Shown here: piece after piece, positions 7,901 through 10,857 of the stretch
How positions within the stretch are numbered: the first letter of the stretch is position 1
Layout of the letters: the number at the start of each line of letters is the position of its first letter
NCBI GenBank assembly: GCA_048886685.1
Contig: JBHLKM010000005.1
Span: forward strand, 1-10,857
Source: Candidatus Hodarchaeota archaeon
GTDB lineage: Archaea > Asgardarchaeota > Lokiarchaeia > Sigyniarchaeales > SOKP01
Direction: 5' to 3'
DNA: 10,857 bases
Translations under genes and position numbers: made by a program
The notes under the pieces: model-generated
Seen by the model: only the letters and a program-made list of their open reading frames with translations
What the model was told of the DNA's origin: nothing
Databases searched by the model: none

Positions 7901-9130
7901 ATGGCTAAAGCCATAGATACAAAGGGCAAAAGTGAATTTATTGAAGGTCAAGCATATTATTGTCCTGAATGTAAAAGAACGCACACTAAGGGAAAGATTT
8001 ATAAAGAACACTTGAAGTATGCTCAAATGGAAAATTCAGAGGAAGAAGCAAATATTGATATCTATGACGATGAAGAAGAACTAATTGAGGCTTTTAATGA
8101 TTTAGAAGAAGAAAGAATTGATGAAATTGATATTCAATTAAAGGATGAAAAAGATTCTAATATTGATGGGACTGAAAACGACTCAAAAGATTGCGTAGAT
8201 GCCGTTAAAAAACTTCCTGGGGTAGGAGAAGCTACTTTAAATAAGCTTATTAAGGCAGGGTTCAATAGCCTTGAATCAATTGCATATACGCCACCCTCAA
8301 TAATTAAAGAAGAAAGTGGTCTTGGTGATAAAACTACTGAAAAATTAATTAAAGCCTCAATGACCCAGCTAGGAATTGGTTTTAAGTCTGCAGATGCAAT
8401 TTGGGAACACAGAAAAAATATTGCGCGGATTACCACAGGCAGTCATGAACTAGATGATTCCTTAGGAGGTGGTGTAGAGACTGGAAGTGTAATCGAATTT
8501 TTTGGAGAATTCAGAACGGGAAAAACTCAAATTACGCATCAACTTTGCGTAAATGTACAATTACCTAAAGAAAAAGGTGGTCTCGAAGGTAGGGCTCTCT
8601 ATATTGATACAGAAGGCACTTTTAGGCCAGAAAGAATAATTCAAATGGCCGAAGGGCTTGATTTAGATTATACTAATGTATTGAAAAATATTGTATTTGG
8701 GAGAGCTTATAATTCTGATCACCAAATTTTACTAATTAAAGAAGCAGCTAACATTATCAAAGAAAAAAACATAAAATTGATTGTTATTGATTCACTTATC
8801 GGACATTTTAGAAGTGAATATATCGGGAGAGGGACATTGGCAAACCGACAACAGACAATCAATTCTCATCTACATGACTTACTAAGGTTATGTGATATAT
8901 ATCCAGATTTAGCAATAGTTTTGACAAACCAAGTCCAAGCTAAACCTGATGTTTTTTATGGTAATCCTTTGCAAGCTGCTGGAGGAAATGTTGTTGCCCA
9001 TGGATCAACTATTAGAGTATATTTACGAAAAGGTAAAGGAGAACAGAGAATAGCCAAGATTGTTGATGCCCCTCACTTACCTGAATGTGAGGCTATTTTT
9101 AGTATTACAGAAAATGGGATATCAGATTAG
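7901..9130 (+). CDS. radA: DNA repair and recombination protein RadA (Rad51/Dmc1 family) with a ~100-aa N-terminal extension
   Basis: HhH N-domain ([17 protein letters not shown]), FxxA polymerisation motif (GFKSA), Walker [21 protein letters not shown], Walker B LIVIDS, L1 ([13 protein letters not shown]), L2 ([14 protein letters not shown]) and C-terminal DAPHLPE. Confidence 0.97.
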   Translation: MAKAIDTKGKSEFIEGQAYYCPECKRTHTKGKIYKEHLKYAQMENSEEEANIDIYDDEEELIEAFNDLEEERIDEIDIQLKDEKDSNIDGTENDSKDCVDAVKKLPGVGEATLNKLIKAGFNSLESIAYTPPSIIKEESGLGDKTTEKLIKASMTQLGIGFKSADAIWEHRKNIARITTGSHELDDSLGGGVETGSVIEFFGEFRTGKTQITHQLCVNVQLPKEKGGLEGRALYIDTEGTFRPERIIQMAEGLDLDYTNVLKNIVFGRAYNSDHQILLIKEAANIIKEKNIKLIVIDSLIGHFRSEYIGRGTLANRQQTINSHLHDLLRLCDIYPDLAIVLTNQVQAKPDVFYGNPLQAAGGNVVAHGSTIRVYLRKGKGEQRIAKIVDAPHLPECEAIFSITENGISD

Positions 9131-9374
9131 TTAGATTTTAAATAAGTTAAACTAAAAAAAATTAAATCTTTATTTTCTAACCCTCTTTTTGAGTAAATTG
9201 TATTTTTCCATTCTTATTCATCTGGTTTATAATCCCTAACAAGCCATTCATTAGAAACATAATATAATAAAATCAAGTGGGATTCTATTTTTATAAAAAA
9301 ATGCACTATTAACCTTAAAAAATTTATAATTACTTTTGTTAAAACTAAATCACATTATATGATATCTTTCCAGT

Positions 9375-9408
9375 TAAATAAAGAAATAAAAAGTAAGAAA
9401 AAATAATA
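9375..9408 (-). terminator. Putative archaeal T-rich terminator
   Basis: Immediately after the stop at 9409, the minus strand reads TATTATTTTTTCTTACTTTTTATTTCTTTATTTA. Confidence 0.4.
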
Positions 9409-10857
9409 TTATATTAATTTCTCGTATTCTTTTGATTTATTCGAGAGTCTCTTAACTTCTTTTGTCATTTCAGTATCGCCTAACTTAAAAATCTCGGAAG
9501 CAATTTTTGAAGACATCTTATATTTTTGAGCCGCCTCGTTATATTTTTCTTTTTTGGCTGCTAACTTTGCTTCTTTCTCAAGTGTTTTCATCTTGTTTTT
9601 AAGATCTTCAATTTTAGTTGATCGAATAAATTCATTTAATACTTCTAATTCTCCAGTTAATTCCCAGTTTGTAGCGATTTTTGCAGCATTCTGGTAAATA
9701 TTAATTGATTTTTCATAATCGGTCTCTTTTCTTGCTGTTTTAGCAATCTTCTTTAATTTACTGATTTCTTTTTTGGCACTTTTAGCATTGTCGATTAGAG
9801 AAGCACCAGGTTTTTCTTCAATTGGAGCTGAAATTATTTCATGCTGTTCCGTTAAACTCACAAAGTAGGCTTCCCTTTCAGCAGCTCCCATTTGTGCTAA
9901 ATCTTTTACCAATTTTTGTTTTTCTTCTTGAGACAAATGTACTAATGATCCAACTTTTTGATTTATTAGAGCTAATTCTTGTTGAGAAATTGGTTGAGCT
10001 TCGATGACACCTATTTCAATTGGTACCAAAATCTTCTTATCTCTTAATTCTTTAATCCCCATAAATATTTCTGCAGTGTCTTTATTCGTCCTTTCACCTG
10101 CTTCTTTTAAAAGTGTTGCAATAAAGAAGAAATTTCGGTCAGAATCTTTCATTAAATTATTAGCTACTTTTAATACGTCCTTGGAGTGAGCATTCTTTAA
10201 GGCTTTAACGTTTGAGAATTTATATGTAATTTCATGAGGAAGAATAATCGAAGTACTTAATATCTCGTCAATTAGTACCCCAGAGTTTCTGAATACATTT
10301 AGCTGTCCTCTCCAATTAGGTAATTCACTCTCATAGGATTTCTCAAAGGTATTTATAAAATCCACTAGATTTTTACGCAAGATAACCGAAGCTTTTTTGG
10401 ATAACACTAATGCAACTCTAATGAATTCACCATCAGTTAATAAAAGCATTTTATCACCATAGGTGATTTCATTTAACTCCTCTTGACAAACTAAATCTCT
10501 TCCAAAAGAACAAATTGCTGAAATGAAGCCACTAATCAATTCTGGGTCAATACCTTCCGTTCCAAAAGATTTAAAGAAAATGCACGTACCAGTCCCCTTA
10601 TATAACACGAGGATATGTTCCAAATTAATAGCGTCATCGAAAATTGTTTTAACTTCTTTTAAAATCCGTGATTTCTCGCGCTTTTTAGGAACAACTACTC
10701 CCCTATAAACACCAATTGAACCACCAGCAACAGATAATGCCGCTCCAATGATTATAAGATAAGGAATAAGATCTCCAAAAGTCATACCGCGAGGTGTGGG
10801 AATTACCTCAATATCATTTATCCATAAAGTATCGTCTTGATGATTATATTCACTTGC
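9409..10857 (-). CDS. C-terminal part of a larger single-pass membrane protein: TM helix + longin-like domain + winged-helix-like domain + tandem helical (MIT/TPR-like) repeats; starts beyond the right edge
   Basis: The frame is open upstream of the track's Met 10785 to the window end (ASEYNHQDDTLWINDIEVIPTPRG-MTFG...). The TM segment LIPYLIIIGAALSVAGGSIGVYRGVVV is followed by KKREKSR (positive-inside). The longin-like pattern is HILVLYKGTGTCIFFKSF...DPELISGFISAICSFGRDL...EITYGDKMLLLTDGEFIRVALVL...LVDFINTFEKSY...WRGQLNVF...LIDEIL. Confidence 0.85.
   Translation of the reverse strand, partial: ASEYNHQDDTLWINDIEVIPTPRGMTFGDLIPYLIIIGAALSVAGGSIGVYRGVVVPKKREKSRILKEVKTIFDDAINLEHILVLYKGTGTCIFFKSFGTEGIDPELISGFISAICSFGRDLVCQEELNEITYGDKMLLLTDGEFIRVALVLSKKASVILRKNLVDFINTFEKSYESELPNWRGQLNVFRNSGVLIDEILSTSIILPHEITYKFSNVKALKNAHSKDVLKVANNLMKDSDRNFFFIATLLKEAGERTNKDTAEIFMGIKELRDKKILVPIEIGVIEAQPISQQELALINQKVGSLVHLSQEEKQKLVKDLAQMGAAEREAYFVSLTEQHEIISAPIEEKPGASLIDNAKSAKKEISKLKKIAKTARKETDYEKSINIYQNAAKIATNWELTGELEVLNEFIRSTKIEDLKNKMKTLEKEAKLAAKKEKYNEAAQKYKMSSKIASEIFKLGDTEMTKEVKRLSNKSKEYEKLI

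Noticed and set aside
8134-8436. 100-aa minus-strand ORF
   Set aside because: Antisense shadow within radA; the Ser/Phe-rich composition mirrors Glu/Lys codons on the coding strand.
7901-9130. Intein as the explanation for the long RadA
   Set aside because: The ATPase core is contiguous through Walker A; the extra length is all N-terminal and has no splicing motifs.
9133-9169. Imperfect inverted repeat AGATTT...AAATCT after the radA stop
   Set aside because: Short, AT-rich stem with a long loop; expected by chance, and archaeal termination does not need a hairpin.
9177-9306. Two tiny minus-strand ORFs downstream of radA (9177-9260, 27 aa; 9214-9306, GTG start, 30 aa ending VSNEWLVRDYKPDE)
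   Set aside because: Too short, with no clear SD or recognisable family. A gene remnant or microprotein cannot be excluded without a homology search.
9822-10708. Three 61-aa plus-strand ORFs (9822-10007, 10004-10189, 10523-10708)
   Set aside because: Antisense to the long membrane-protein gene with no motifs; the equal lengths look coincidental, near the apparent ORF length cutoff.
10783-10785. Met 10785 as the start of the 458-aa ORF
   Set aside because: The frame stays open for 24 more protein-like codons to the window edge, so this is probably an internal Met.

Overview
AT-rich archaeal window, most likely Asgard/Lokiarchaeia. That assignment is inferred from a RadA with RAD51-like motifs and a membrane-anchored longin-domain protein. 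In order, it holds: the 5' part of a U32-family gene cut by the left edge and missing from the ORF track; a three-gene lipid-linked glycosylation module (flippase-like, GT-C and GT2); a divergent LarA-family nickel-pincer racemase/epimerase; aspartokinase; a divergent PGI-family isomerase; RadA with an extra Cys2His2 motif plus an acidic linker; and the 3' part of a larger single-pass membrane protein whose cytoplasmic tail reads as longin, then winged-helix-like, then tandem MIT/TPR-like repeats. I saw no RNA genes, CRISPR arrays or mobile elements. All family and domain calls come from recognising motifs by eye, not from database searches.
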